64,000 bases of DNA, taken from Candidatus Levyibacteriota bacterium. GTDB taxonomy: Bacteria; Patescibacteriota; Microgenomatia; Levybacterales; UBA12049. The stretch's first letter is position 1. Each line of letters starts with the position of its first letter. Under the pieces are notes generated by a model, which was not told where the DNA came from, searched no databases, and saw only the letters and a program-made list of their open reading frames with translations. Of the stretch, positions 48,941-59,407 are shown piece by piece. The translations under genes were made by a program, and so were the position numbers. The stretch spans positions 1,924-65,923 of the forward strand of contig JBPOIT010000014.1 of the NCBI GenBank assembly GCA_052034235.1, given 5' to 3'.

Positions 48941-49502
48941 AATATTATTATAGTTGAGATGAATACTATATTTGTAGCTCTGCTTACATTATTTGTAGTT
49001 TGTATGTGATGGAGAAGATACTTTATTAAACAATTATTCTAGGTGCGTATCTTTATCTTAATCAAATAAAACGTAGTTCTAATAAGCAGAAGTACAAATA
49101 TAGTACAATCTGCAGTTCTGGTTCGTATTATAGTTGATTTTTATCCTATAGTCAACTCTGTGCTCATATCGGACTTTTTTTCTTTATTTAACTTTTTCTC
49201 AGTTTTTAGGTCCTCACGCTTCTTATCTGCCATAGCTCTGTCTTCTTTCACTCGGATTCGTTTTGCTGTTTCTTTATCTTTTTCCTCCTGACAAGGCTGA
49301 TTTGAACAACGATAAACAGTACTTGTTTGCGGATATCGGTAACCTTCTAATTTTTCGGTTACCTTGCTAACAAGAACCAGAGGTGAGCCACATTGGGAAC
49401 AATTAGGAGTCTTCGTTGTTATAATGAATATATTATACCATAATGGACAGTGAGAAACCAGTTTGAAGCATTTTTCAGGCTAAAATTGTATAATAAGAAT
49501 TC

Positions 49503-50516
49503 GTGAATAAAGTTACTTCAACCCGTATTGCTTGGATTGATATCTGTCGAGGAATAGGCATTCTGCTTGTTTTGTATGCTCATGTTTTGGCAAGCGATAA
49601 AAACCGTTTTCTTATTTATGCTTTCCATATGCCTCTTTTCTTTTTTCTTTCAGGTATTGTCTTTCGGAATAAAGATACAGGATTTATTTCAATTGTTAAA
49701 AAAAATGTGAAAGCAATACTCATTCCATATTTTATCTTTGCTTTTCTTACTTATTTTTTAGGTTTATTGCTAATGCCTCACCCAGCACTTACGTTTGAAA
49801 TGATTAGCAAAGAAGTACACGGAATTATTTTTGGCAGTGCAAATAAAGGCTATTTGGCTTTTAACACGGCACTATGGTTTTTGCCCTGCCTTTTTGTGAC
49901 GAAAGTATCATTTGCATTTTTAACACATTTTATAAGAAATAAAAAAATTATTGCTGTTTTATTAATATTCTTTGCTGTTATTGCATATCTTGGCTCTTTA
50001 TTTTTTAGAGATGTTAAATTAGTGTTTGAATCAGAAATTGCATTGACAGGTATCGTATTTTTTGGCGCTGGATACTTGCTCAGTCAAAATGAAAAATTAA
50101 AAACAGTTATGCGTAAAAGAAAAGTAGGACTCCTACTTATAACAGGAACTTTGTTAGTGCTGTTTTCAGCGATCAATTTTCAACTCTATGGCTCTCAAAT
50201 TGATATGAGGGTTAATAGACTTAACGATTTTTATCTCTTTTATCTCGCTGCTTTTAGTGGCATAGCAACAACAATTCTTTTAAGCATGCTCATTAAGAAG
50301 AATATTTTACTTGAATACGTAGGCAAGAATTCAATTCTCCTGTTAGGATGGCATACATTACTTTTTGCTTACTTCAAGCATATTTCATTTCTGCCGCCAG
50401 TACAGTTAGAATTTTTAACACCGACGCTTCACTTAACATTTGCAACAGCAATTATCCTTCTTGTTCGAGTGTTTCTGATAAAATCAAAAGCGGCCTTATC
50501 TTTTCAGAAGAAATAA
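49503..50516 (+). CDS. Acyltransferase-3 family membrane protein (OafA-like)
   Basis: 10 TM helices. GTG start 7 nt after TGTATAAT. Confidence 0.65.
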   Translation: MNKVTSTRIAWIDICRGIGILLVLYAHVLASDKNRFLIYAFHMPLFFFLSGIVFRNKDTGFISIVKKNVKAILIPYFIFAFLTYFLGLLLMPHPALTFEMISKEVHGIIFGSANKGYLAFNTALWFLPCLFVTKVSFAFLTHFIRNKKIIAVLLIFFAVIAYLGSLFFRDVKLVFESEIALTGIVFFGAGYLLSQNEKLKTVMRKRKVGLLLITGTLLVLFSAINFQLYGSQIDMRVNRLNDFYLFYLAAFSGIATTILLSMLIKKNILLEYVGKNSILLLGWHTLLFAYFKHISFLPPVQLEFLTPTLHLTFATAIILLVRVFLIKSKAALSFQKK

Positions 50517-50520
50517 TCGC

Positions 50521-51132
50521 TTAATCTATTTTTAACGTAGATAACATTTGGTCAACAATTTTCTGAAAAGTTTGTTCTCTCTGTGCGGGTTCTACAGTGC
50601 CGTTTACAATTTCCAAATATTCATTATTACCCTTTGGGAGATAAATAAACGTACCATCTCCAATTGATCTCACACGAAATGAAAATCCAGCAAGGCCAGC
50701 AATTGAAACCTGTTTAATTTCTCCTACTTCAGGTTGAAGCTGATCTTTTTTTGTTTCAGTATGTTTATTCCTAACAAAATCGGCAAGCGTTTGCCCCCCT
50801 AAATCTCCACTCTTAATCATTACAGAAATACCATCATAGAGTTCAGTACCTGTTGATTGTGTATCTCCAAGTTTATAAAATCGTTCACCCTCTGATGTCG
50901 TTTGATGTGTCATGTCAAGTGGATATTGTATGCTAAATCCATATTGTTGAGATGTGAATGGAACCCAATTTTCAGGAACAGAAACATCAATTGACGGTAG
51001 TATAACGGTTGTTGGAGTTATATTTTGACTTGTTACAGGTGTTTGATTTGTCGTTTTATCTTTGGGAAGTAATAAAAAGGCGCTCGCTGCTATCGCAATA
51101 ATAATTACTATCAAAACAAGTATTCTTTTCAT
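50521..51132 (-). CDS. Secreted hypothetical protein
   Basis: Signal peptide or N-terminal anchor, then a Thr/Ser-rich linker. Confidence 0.4.
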   Translation of the reverse strand: MKRILVLIVIIIAIAASAFLLLPKDKTTNQTPVTSQNITPTTVILPSIDVSVPENWVPFTSQQYGFSIQYPLDMTHQTTSEGERFYKLGDTQSTGTELYDGISVMIKSGDLGGQTLADFVRNKHTETKKDQLQPEVGEIKQVSIAGLAGFSFRVRSIGDGTFIYLPKGNNEYLEIVNGTVEPAQREQTFQKIVDQMLSTLKID

Positions 51133-51190
51133 ATGAATGCGTATACTCTATCAGAAACAAAATCATATGACAAGCTGAACGATAAAATTA

Positions 51191-51877
51191 CTATTTAAGT
51201 AATTTCCATGTATTTATAATATTTAAATTTGTGAATGCAGCATTTCCTGTTACTAATGAAATTGTATCGACTTTGTAGGGAGGAAGTTTTACCTGCGAGG
51301 AAAGTTCTTCGACTTTTTGTCTGAATTTTTTTGAAATACTTGGGAAACGAGCCAAGGTCATATTTGAGAAAAAGTACCGAGAGTTTGCATAGATTTTGTC
51401 ATCTGGCACTCCTTCGTCACGCAGCTTTTTATCAAGATCTAAAACAATTTCATCAAGTGCGGGATCTGTCGTCCCAATGAGTGATAGATTGTTTTTTAAT
51501 AATAACAGACGATAAAAAGAGACTTGATACGAATGATGTAACGGAATAACTTCTGAAAAAACTCTTTCTGCCTTTTTAATATCTTCTTTTGAAAAATTTG
51601 GTGGATCTTGTATGAGACGAACGTTTTTTATTGTCATATGCAAGCTTGGATTTGGGTAAAAAAAGTATGATGGTTCAATTATTTTTAACGATGAAATAAT
51701 GTTTTCAATCCATTTTAGCAAAGTCTTATCTGGAAAATGCACGCCGGTTAAACAGATGCGCTTATCATTTTCATAATCGGCATGTGGGGCAACCACACTA
51801 AACTGTATGGAGTCGCTTTTAACTTGTTCTTCAATCTTATCAATGACCTCCATTTGTCTTTGCTGATGATTTTTCAT
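51191..51877 (-). CDS. Hypothetical protein (possibly a remote 2H-phosphoesterase-like fold)
   Basis: Single HxT-like motif (LHMTI). Weak call. Confidence 0.3.
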   Translation of the reverse strand: MKNHQQRQMEVIDKIEEQVKSDSIQFSVVAPHADYENDKRICLTGVHFPDKTLLKWIENIISSLKIIEPSYFFYPNPSLHMTIKNVRLIQDPPNFSKEDIKKAERVFSEVIPLHHSYQVSFYRLLLLKNNLSLIGTTDPALDEIVLDLDKKLRDEGVPDDKIYANSRYFFSNMTLARFPSISKKFRQKVEELSSQVKLPPYKVDTISLVTGNAAFTNLNIINTWKLLK

Positions 51878-51885
51878 ATAAATGT

Positions 51886-52590
51886 TTATCTATTCTTTTT
51901 TCCAGTATTTTTTGACTTTGTGAGGATATCAGCAATAATTTTTCCATCTGATAGTGTAATAACTCTGTCAGCACGTTTCGCATAATCATGTTCGTGTGTA
52001 ACCATTACGATGGTTTGACCACTTTTATTAATTTCAGTAAATGCCTTTAACACGGTCTCACTTGTTTCAGAATCTAAATTAGCTGTTGGCTCATCTGCAA
52101 AAATAATTTTGGGGTTATGAGCAATTGCTCGAGCAATAGATACCCGCTGTTGCTCACCTCCAGAAAGTTGATTTGGAAGACTCGAAAATTTGTCTACGAG
52201 ACTTAGTTTTTCTAACGCATGTTTGCCACGTTTTTCTGCCTCACTTTGACTTACTCCTTGCATAATAATCGGAACCATCACATTCTCAAGTGCAGTAAGA
52301 ACAGGGACTAACGCGTAATCTTGAAAAATATAACCAAGCTGATGCAAGCGAAAATCAGTTCTTTCATCTGAAGACATCGTCATCACATTGGTTCCGTGAA
52401 TGGAAATTTGTCCGGAAGTTGGACTATCCAAAAGCCCAAGCTGATACAATAATGTACTTTTCCCAGAGCCGGAACGACCAGTAATGGCAACAAATTGCCC
52501 GCTAGGGACTTCAAAATTAATATGCTTAAGCACAGTAATTTCACCTGTTCCACTTTTGAAAACTCTAACTAAATCTTTTGCAATAATCAT
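51886..52590 (-). CDS. ABC transporter ATP-binding protein (MacB/LolD-type)
   Basis: Walker A GRSGSGKST, signature LSGGEQQRV, Walker B ADEPT. Confidence 0.9.
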   Translation of the reverse strand: MIIAKDLVRVFKSGTGEITVLKHINFEVPSGQFVAITGRSGSGKSTLLYQLGLLDSPTSGQISIHGTNVMTMSSDERTDFRLHQLGYIFQDYALVPVLTALENVMVPIIMQGVSQSEAEKRGKHALEKLSLVDKFSSLPNQLSGGEQQRVSIARAIAHNPKIIFADEPTANLDSETSETVLKAFTEINKSGQTIVMVTHEHDYAKRADRVITLSDGKIIADILTKSKNTGKKNR

Positions 52591-52593
52591 AGG

Positions 52594-53856
52594 TTATCTC
52601 CCTAAAATAGCATCTAGTGTTTTTTGTTTAACAACAATTCTTGCAGGTATATATCCTGCAAAGATTGTAGCAATATACAACATCAATGTTCTAATACCAA
52701 CTGAAGGAACATCAGCAACGAGGATACCATCGCTAAAAGGAAATTGAATTGGATTGGCATTAAAATAAGGAACAAGAATTCCATAAATAATAAGTAGTCC
52801 AATACCAGTACCTCCAACAGCGTAAAAGATCGATTGCAAAACGTATGAGATTTCTATTGCGAGAGAATTAACACCAATACCTTTTAATATTCCTATGAAT
52901 TTTCTTCTTGTTATGGCATTAATAAATATCACAATAAAAATAGTAATGGAGGATACCGTAAGCCCAATACTACCAATAACATTTCCTAAGATATTAAAAG
53001 TCTGATTAATATCTTTTACAAACTGGGGCTGCGCTTCTTCCCAGGTTTGGATTTTAACAAATTTTTCAACATCATTTCCGAGAAATATTTCCTTTACTTT
53101 ATCAGGATCTTCCTCAGGTTTTAATTTAAGAGCTATTTCATTGACATTATAATCATTTCTATTTGTCCACTGTCTCAACTCACGATCAGTTATAAAGATT
53201 CTGTTATCTATTGCACTTACTTTTGCACGCAAAACACCAACGATAATTACTTCTCTGCTTGAGCCATTTATTGTTAATTGTATGACGGAACCGACATCAG
53301 CATCTTTTAAAGTATCAGTACCTTGGACTTGTGCACTCGTATATTTTGACAAGAGACTAGCTCCGATAACAACTTCGTTATTCCGTTTCGAATCGAGCAT
53401 GCGACCTTTAATTATTTTTGTAGACAAAGCTGTTACATTTTCCTCTTCTATCGGATTGATTCCGGCAATAATTGCTTTTGTGCTGTTTGCTTTATCATCC
53501 TTTTTGATTTTTGTACGATATCCTGCTTCAGCAGTGCCGTTACTCACATACCTACTGGTTATTTTTTCTACCTGAGGTAATGATTGTGCAAGTGTGATAA
53601 TTTCTGAACTTTGCTGAATATAATTTTGACCTTCAATAGCAGTTAAGAGGATGTCTCCCGTATATTGTTCTCGAAGTGATTTGCTCGAACCTTCAGTTAA
53701 TCCCACTAAAATTCCTCGTACAACAATTAAATTGAGAAAGGTTAAGGTCATTACAAAAATAATAAGAAACGTAGTCCATGGGTTATTTCTACGCACTTCT
53801 CTTGTTGCCAGAAAAAAACCGAGCTTGGAGGAGATTAATAGTTTTTTTTTATCCAT
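52594..53856 (-). CDS. ABC transporter permease (FtsX/MacB-type)
   Basis: Topology TM, large extracytoplasmic domain, then 3 TM. Start set at MDKKK. Confidence 0.8.
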   Translation of the reverse strand: MDKKKLLISSKLGFFLATREVRRNNPWTTFLIIFVMTLTFLNLIVVRGILVGLTEGSSKSLREQYTGDILLTAIEGQNYIQQSSEIITLAQSLPQVEKITSRYVSNGTAEAGYRTKIKKDDKANSTKAIIAGINPIEEENVTALSTKIIKGRMLDSKRNNEVVIGASLLSKYTSAQVQGTDTLKDADVGSVIQLTINGSSREVIIVGVLRAKVSAIDNRIFITDRELRQWTNRNDYNVNEIALKLKPEEDPDKVKEIFLGNDVEKFVKIQTWEEAQPQFVKDINQTFNILGNVIGSIGLTVSSITIFIVIFINAITRRKFIGILKGIGVNSLAIEISYVLQSIFYAVGGTGIGLLIIYGILVPYFNANPIQFPFSDGILVADVPSVGIRTLMLYIATIFAGYIPARIVVKQKTLDAILGR

Positions 53857-53857
53857 A

Positions 53858-55078
53858 TTACAACGCGGAAAGAACAATGGTGTCGCCTTCTGTCAGACCT
53901 TCAAGGACTTCACTGGATGTATCACCGCGAAGTCCGAGTCGTACTTGTTTGGCTGAAATCTTACCATCTCTTATGACATTTACGACTGTTTTGTTTTCTT
54001 CTTTTCTGAGTGCACTATTTGGGATAACCAGTACGTCATTTTTTTGATTTGTTACGATACTTACTTTTGCTGTCATACCAGGTTTAATACGCCCGTCCTT
54101 TTTATCAAGCGCTATTAATGCATCGTAGGTAACTGTTGAGTTTTGTTTACTGCCAATGGTATCAATTTTACCTACTGTTCCTTTAAATGTAATATCCGGA
54201 AATGTATCAAAAACAATTGATGCCTCTTGTCCTGCTTTTACTTTATAGACATCAAACTCGTTAAGTTCAGTTTTTATCGCGTACGCATCTGTACCGATAA
54301 GATAAAGCACAGGTGTTGTTGTTGCTGAAAGCATTGAAAAAGCATTTACTCTATCTCCGTCAAGAGCAAGCAAATTAACTATTTCGCCATCTGATGGCGC
54401 AATGGTATCTGTATCAATTGTGGATTGATATGCATCCCAAGCGGCAGTAATTTGTGATTTTGAAGAAGTAATTGACTGATCTACTTCTTTATACTTTTTT
54501 TCAACCGCTGAAAACGATTGTTTACTGCTTGCCAGTGCTGATAAGAGAATGTCTTTATCTTCCTGCGTATATTCTTTCCCTGTGGTTGGATTGGCTTTAC
54601 TATTTGCGACACGATCGTTCATGACTGTTACGTTAACAGATGCTGAGAGAACGTCTTGACGTGCTTCTTCAAGTTGTGCTTGCAATGTGAGCTTTCCTTG
54701 CTGAGAAGTATTTGAACCGGTAAGTGCTGCCTGATATGCCGCAAATGCAGCTGATTTTTCTTGTATTGAGGCTGTGCTTTTCACTCTAAAAAGTTTTTGG
54801 CCTCGTTTCACCCGCTCATTATTATCAACATAAATTTCTGAAATAATACCTGTTGTCGAAGAATAAATCGGTGCTTCTCCTCCTGCTGAAAGGTTACCCC
54901 CAGATACAACAGTTTCGATTACCGTGCCACGCTCAACTTCTTTTGTAAGTAGGTCTCCTTGGCTATTTTGTTGACTGAATATAAAGATGGCTACCAATAC
55001 CGCAATACATGCAAATACGAAGCGCTTTTTAAAAGAGAATCTAAGCCAGTAATTTTTCAAGCGCGTAAAGATGGGCAT
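53858..55078 (-). CDS. HlyD/MacA-family periplasmic adaptor subunit
   Basis: N-terminal TM helix, coiled-coil hairpin, beta-barrel and MP domains. Confidence 0.75.
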   Translation of the reverse strand: MPIFTRLKNYWLRFSFKKRFVFACIAVLVAIFIFSQQNSQGDLLTKEVERGTVIETVVSGGNLSAGGEAPIYSSTTGIISEIYVDNNERVKRGQKLFRVKSTASIQEKSAAFAAYQAALTGSNTSQQGKLTLQAQLEEARQDVLSASVNVTVMNDRVANSKANPTTGKEYTQEDKDILLSALASSKQSFSAVEKKYKEVDQSITSSKSQITAAWDAYQSTIDTDTIAPSDGEIVNLLALDGDRVNAFSMLSATTTPVLYLIGTDAYAIKTELNEFDVYKVKAGQEASIVFDTFPDITFKGTVGKIDTIGSKQNSTVTYDALIALDKKDGRIKPGMTAKVSIVTNQKNDVLVIPNSALRKEENKTVVNVIRDGKISAKQVRLGLRGDTSSEVLEGLTEGDTIVLSAL

Positions 55079-55132
55079 ACTTCTATTGTAGAGAATTGGC
55101 TAGTGTGAAACAAGGTAAGTTGGGTATGATTT

Positions 55133-55522
55133 TTAGATCTGATCTTCAACCAGTTTCTTTAAAGGTTCCATATAATAATCTTTCCATCCAGCGGCTAAGT
55201 CGTCGTAATTTTCTTCCTTTACGAGTTCGTGAAAAAGTTCAACGTGCGTTTTTTCAGCTTTTTGACTAAAAGTAAAAGTGACTTTCGTTTTATGACCAGG
55301 TGCATCGGCACTGTACCATTCTTGTACTAACTTATTGGGTTTATTAACGGTAAGATTTGTACCATGGATATCTCCACCCCAGAGTTGAAATACTTTTCCT
55401 TCTTCTACGCTCATTTTTGCAGGACCTCCACTCCACTGTTTAATGATCTTTGGATCAACAAATGCATTCCATACGTGCTCCAAAGGAGCATTAATAACAT
55501 ACGATTGTTTTATTGTGCGCAT
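55133..55522 (-). CDS. SRPBCC-fold AHSA1-like (activator of Hsp90 ATPase homolog) protein
   Basis: N-terminus SYVINAPLEHVWNAFVDPKIIKQW. Confidence 0.65.
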   Translation of the reverse strand: MRTIKQSYVINAPLEHVWNAFVDPKIIKQWSGGPAKMSVEEGKVFQLWGGDIHGTNLTVNKPNKLVQEWYSADAPGHKTKVTFTFSQKAEKTHVELFHELVKEENYDDLAAGWKDYYMEPLKKLVEDQI

Positions 55523-55585
55523 TGAAATAATTGTAGCATAATGCCCTCCTTTTCGTTGGAGGGCATTATGTTTCTAAACTATTTC

Positions 55586-56089
55586 TTACGGAGTCTGGCT
55601 AGGATTTAGTTGTTCAGGACGAGTGCCACTACCTGGCATCGCGTTTCTAAGCATCACATTTCCAAGTGATACCATTTGTGCTGTTATACTTCCGTCTGCA
55701 TTTTTTGTTCCAAACGCAGTTACTTTTTCACCAGTTTTCAAATCAGTTTTGACGGCAGTTGATGATTTATTGATTGTCGTTTTATCTGACAAAATAACTA
55801 TTTTTGTACTACCATCCTGCATTTTAACAGTAATGCTGGCATCATCAGCACTGATAATTTCACCTGACACAGGAGCGTTTTGACCACTTGCAAACATTCG
55901 ATTGCCAGCTGTTCCCCCTTTTTCACCCTGCATAAACCGCTGGGATCCATTTGGAGCAGTAAAGCCTGCACTTGCTACAACTTGTGTTTTTTGAAATTGC
56001 ATTCCGCCAAAAAATCCTGCTGCACCAACAACGACAGCAACGATAAGTAAAGTAAAGAGATTATTTTTACTTTTTTTCATAATATTCAC
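55586..56089 (-). CDS. Membrane-anchored or secreted hypothetical protein
   Basis: TM or signal peptide, then a Gly/Thr-rich region. Resembles the PepSY protein at 17230. Confidence 0.4.
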   Translation of the reverse strand: MNIMKKSKNNLFTLLIVAVVVGAAGFFGGMQFQKTQVVASAGFTAPNGSQRFMQGEKGGTAGNRMFASGQNAPVSGEIISADDASITVKMQDGSTKIVILSDKTTINKSSTAVKTDLKTGEKVTAFGTKNADGSITAQMVSLGNVMLRNAMPGSGTRPEQLNPSQTP

Positions 56090-56109
56090 CCCCTCTCAAA
56101 TACAAAAAA

Positions 56110-57333
56110 TTATTCATACCGTAACGCCTCAATGGGCTGAAGACTTGCTGCTTTTCTTGCTGGATACCAACCAAACAAAACACCAATGCCAGCTGATACG
56201 ATAAATGCGAGAAAAACAGATTCAACTGAGACAACAAACGGCGAGCTGGTAAAAACTGATATGCCATAAGATGCAAGTACTCCTACAAAAATACCTATTA
56301 CTCCTCCTACAAATGTTAAAATAATTGATTCAATAAGAAACTGTGTAATAATCACTTTTCTTTTTGCCCCAAGTGCTTTGCGTAAACCTATTTCTCGAGT
56401 TCTTTCCGTCACTGTGACTAACATAATGTTCATAATGCCAATTCCTCCCACAAGCAGTGAAATTGCTGCAACTCCTGCTAAAAGTGTTGTAAAAGTACCT
56501 GTTGTTTGACTAACCGTATTTAACAGATCTTGCTGATTAAATATTGAGAAGTCTTTGTCTGATGGATTTGTCAGTTTATGTCGTGCGAGCAGTAAATAGC
56601 CTACTTCATTTTGAGCTGCCACCATTACCTCAGCTGATTTAGCTTCAAGTGCAATTGAGGTAAGATGTGAAGCTCCAAAAAGTTGTTTTTGTGCTGTTGA
56701 TAAAGGAATCCAAATAATATCATCCTGATTTTGAAAACCAGTACCGCCCCGAGATTTTGTAACACCAATGACAGTTAATGCTTGGCCACTTACTCTTATT
56801 TTTTGACCTATCGGATTTGCTCCTTCACCAAAAAGATTAGTAACAACCGTTGGACCCAAAACAGCAACTTTAGACATTCCATTCACATGCTGCTCTGAAA
56901 TGAAGTTACCTGATGTCACTTCTATTTTGCGAATTTCGGCATATACCGGCTCGACTCCCATGATTTGGGTATTGGTATTATTCCGTCCAGCAATTACCTG
57001 TGACCTACTCGAATATTCAGGTGATACATTTTTTATTGTTGTGATTTTTGAAGAAGTCTTAATAGCCTTTGCATCTTCCAATGTGAGTGTTGTCCCACCA
57101 CCTGCTGCACCCTGAATGCCACTTGTACGCTGACCTGAAGGCTGTACAGTTAATAAATTTGAACCAAGTGACTGAATTTGCGATTGAATTGCCTGCTGGC
57201 TTGCTTGTCCGAGTGACACTAATGCAATAACACTTCCAATACCGATTACAATTCCAAGAATTGCCAAACCTGTACGCAATTTATTAACTGCAAGTGTTGT
57301 AATGCCTTCGATAAATGTTTCTCTAAGATCCAT
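56110..57333 (-). CDS. ABC transporter permease (FtsX/MacB-type)
   Basis: Topology TM, about 230-aa periplasmic domain, then 3 TM, with the conserved RTREIG...KALGA region. Confidence 0.85.
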   Translation of the reverse strand: MDLRETFIEGITTLAVNKLRTGLAILGIVIGIGSVIALVSLGQASQQAIQSQIQSLGSNLLTVQPSGQRTSGIQGAAGGGTTLTLEDAKAIKTSSKITTIKNVSPEYSSRSQVIAGRNNTNTQIMGVEPVYAEIRKIEVTSGNFISEQHVNGMSKVAVLGPTVVTNLFGEGANPIGQKIRVSGQALTVIGVTKSRGGTGFQNQDDIIWIPLSTAQKQLFGASHLTSIALEAKSAEVMVAAQNEVGYLLLARHKLTNPSDKDFSIFNQQDLLNTVSQTTGTFTTLLAGVAAISLLVGGIGIMNIMLVTVTERTREIGLRKALGAKRKVIITQFLIESIILTFVGGVIGIFVGVLASYGISVFTSSPFVVSVESVFLAFIVSAGIGVLFGWYPARKAASLQPIEALRYE

Positions 57334-57334
57334 A

Positions 57335-58033
57335 TTATTTACCTGCTTTCATTTGTTTTTTATTTAATGAGTCTGAAACAATTTTTCCATCTCGAAATGA
57401 GATTATTCTTTTGGCATGACTCGCGACATCTAATTCATGAGTAATCATGATAATCGTATGACCATCGTTATTAAGTTTTTGAAAAATTGCCATTATTTCA
57501 TCTGCCTGGTTCGTTGCAATATTTCCGGTAGGTTCGTCCGCAAGAAGAATGCTTGGATTTAATGACAAACCGCGAGCGATAGCAACACGCTGCTGCTGAC
57601 CTCCTGAAAGTTGATTAGAAGTATGTTCGAGTCGATTACTCAGTCCTACCATTTCCAAATATTTTTGCGCACGTTTTATACGTTCCTCACGTGGTATACC
57701 TGCATATACCATAGGAAGCATAACGTTTTTCATGGCAGTCGTACGGGGAAGAAGATTAAATGCTTGAAAGATAAATCCTATTTTTTGATTTCTGATATCG
57801 GCAAGTTCATCCTCCGTAAGTTTGCCGACATTTTCACCGTCAAGGATATATTCACCACTTGTCGGACTATCAAGTGCACCTAAGATATGCATCAGCGTTG
57901 ATTTGCCGCTACCTGATGGTCCCATGATTGCAACAAATTCACCTTTTTTAATTTTAAATGAGACATCTGCAAGCGCTTCCGTTTCAATTTCGCCTGTTTT
58001 ATAAATTTTAGTGAGATGTGAAACTTGGATCAT
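57335..58033 (-). CDS. ABC transporter ATP-binding protein (MacB/YknY-type)
   Basis: Walker A GPSGSGKST, LSGGQQQRV, ADEPT. Confidence 0.9.
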   Translation of the reverse strand: MIQVSHLTKIYKTGEIETEALADVSFKIKKGEFVAIMGPSGSGKSTLMHILGALDSPTSGEYILDGENVGKLTEDELADIRNQKIGFIFQAFNLLPRTTAMKNVMLPMVYAGIPREERIKRAQKYLEMVGLSNRLEHTSNQLSGGQQQRVAIARGLSLNPSILLADEPTGNIATNQADEIMAIFQKLNNDGHTIIMITHELDVASHAKRIISFRDGKIVSDSLNKKQMKAGK

Positions 58034-58036
58034 AAA

Positions 58037-59329
58037 TTAACGTGTCTGTATTCGCACTGCGCCACCACCTGGGGAGCCGAAGCCGCTGTTACCAAAAGGA
58101 GAAGATGTTCCTGTTTGTGTTGTCGTTGAAGGAGTTGAGCTAGTACTGGTAACTACTGAATCTCCTTCACTAATCCCTGAAAGTATTTCTGTTTGCGTAT
58201 CATTGGATTCCCCAATTTCAACAGTAACAGCTGTGACTTTCTTATCTTTCATAACTTGAACTGTCGAGGTGCCATCTGTCGTCTGTATTGCTGATGAAGG
58301 AATGAGTAGTGCATTATTTTTGATACTTGTGATGATTGTCGCACTCACAGCCATATTCGGATACATTGTCGGAAGAGATGAATCAAAGGTAATCGTGACA
58401 GGATAGTTGGTAACACCTGAACTCACTGAGCCTTCAGTATTAATGGCTGATACTTTACCGGTAAATGTTTTATCTGCAAAAGCATCCATGGTGATTGTCG
58501 CTTTTTGTCCGACTTGCACTTTGGTGATATCAATTTCTGAAAGATTAACAACAGACTGCACATTGCCGTTTTCAAGAATAATGGTGCCAAATGATTGAGA
58601 ACTTGCATTATTTGACGTAGAAGAATCAGTAGAAGAAGTAGCACTGCTTGAAATTGATAACCCTTGCGTTAGTGTGAGGTTTGTAATTTTACCTGACATT
58701 GGTGCTGTAATTGTTCCCGAAGTTTCTGCGTAAGAAAGTGACGCACTGGATAGAGCTGCCTGTGCCTGAGCGATAACGCCTTTTTGGTTATTATAGTCAG
58801 CTTCTGCCTGTAACCAATCAGCACGCTGAATGATATATGTTGGATCGTCTTCGATTGGATCTGTGGTTCCAGCACCATTTACAAATTTTTGATTTGCTGT
58901 AAACAGTGTTGATTGCAGAGAATTCATTTTTGCATTGGCAGCATTGAGCGCATTTTGAGCTGACAAATAACTAGCGTATGATGCAGCAGCTTTTTGCTGA
59001 GATGCTCTATCAAGAGTAATTTCGGCAATAATGTCTCCTTCAAAAACACTATCACCATTTGAAAAGTATACTTCCTTAACAACACCAGTTGCACTCGAAT
59101 TGATACTTGCACTACTCGCGGAAGAAATAGTTCCTGATGCTGTTACTGATGTAATTAGTGTTCCTGTCTCTGCCTGAGACGTTTGATATTGTGGAGTGGT
59201 ATTTGGTTGTCCATACATCTTAAACCCAAAATACCCTACTAATCCAATAATGACTGCAATAATAAGTCCTTTTTGCAGTAACGTCCGTTTTCTAAGCCAC
59301 ATTAATAATGAACCAATTTTTGTTTTCAT
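58037..59329 (-). CDS. HlyD/MacA/YknX-family periplasmic adaptor with a Ser/Thr-rich C-terminal region
   Basis: N-terminal TM helix, coiled-coil hairpin, and a low-complexity S/T-rich tail. Confidence 0.75.
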   Translation of the reverse strand: MKTKIGSLLMWLRKRTLLQKGLIIAVIIGLVGYFGFKMYGQPNTTPQYQTSQAETGTLITSVTASGTISSASSASINSSATGVVKEVYFSNGDSVFEGDIIAEITLDRASQQKAAASYASYLSAQNALNAANAKMNSLQSTLFTANQKFVNGAGTTDPIEDDPTYIIQRADWLQAEADYNNQKGVIAQAQAALSSASLSYAETSGTITAPMSGKITNLTLTQGLSISSSATSSTDSSTSNNASSQSFGTIILENGNVQSVVNLSEIDITKVQVGQKATITMDAFADKTFTGKVSAINTEGSVSSGVTNYPVTITFDSSLPTMYPNMAVSATIITSIKNNALLIPSSAIQTTDGTSTVQVMKDKKVTAVTVEIGESNDTQTEILSGISEGDSVVTSTSSTPSTTTQTGTSSPFGNSGFGSPGGGAVRIQTR

Positions 59330-59407
59330 TGTGATAAATTCATGATACTGAAGAGATTATATAAGAGATTTCTGAAAATATGCTTAAAATTTTAGAGGAA
59401 TTTCTAC

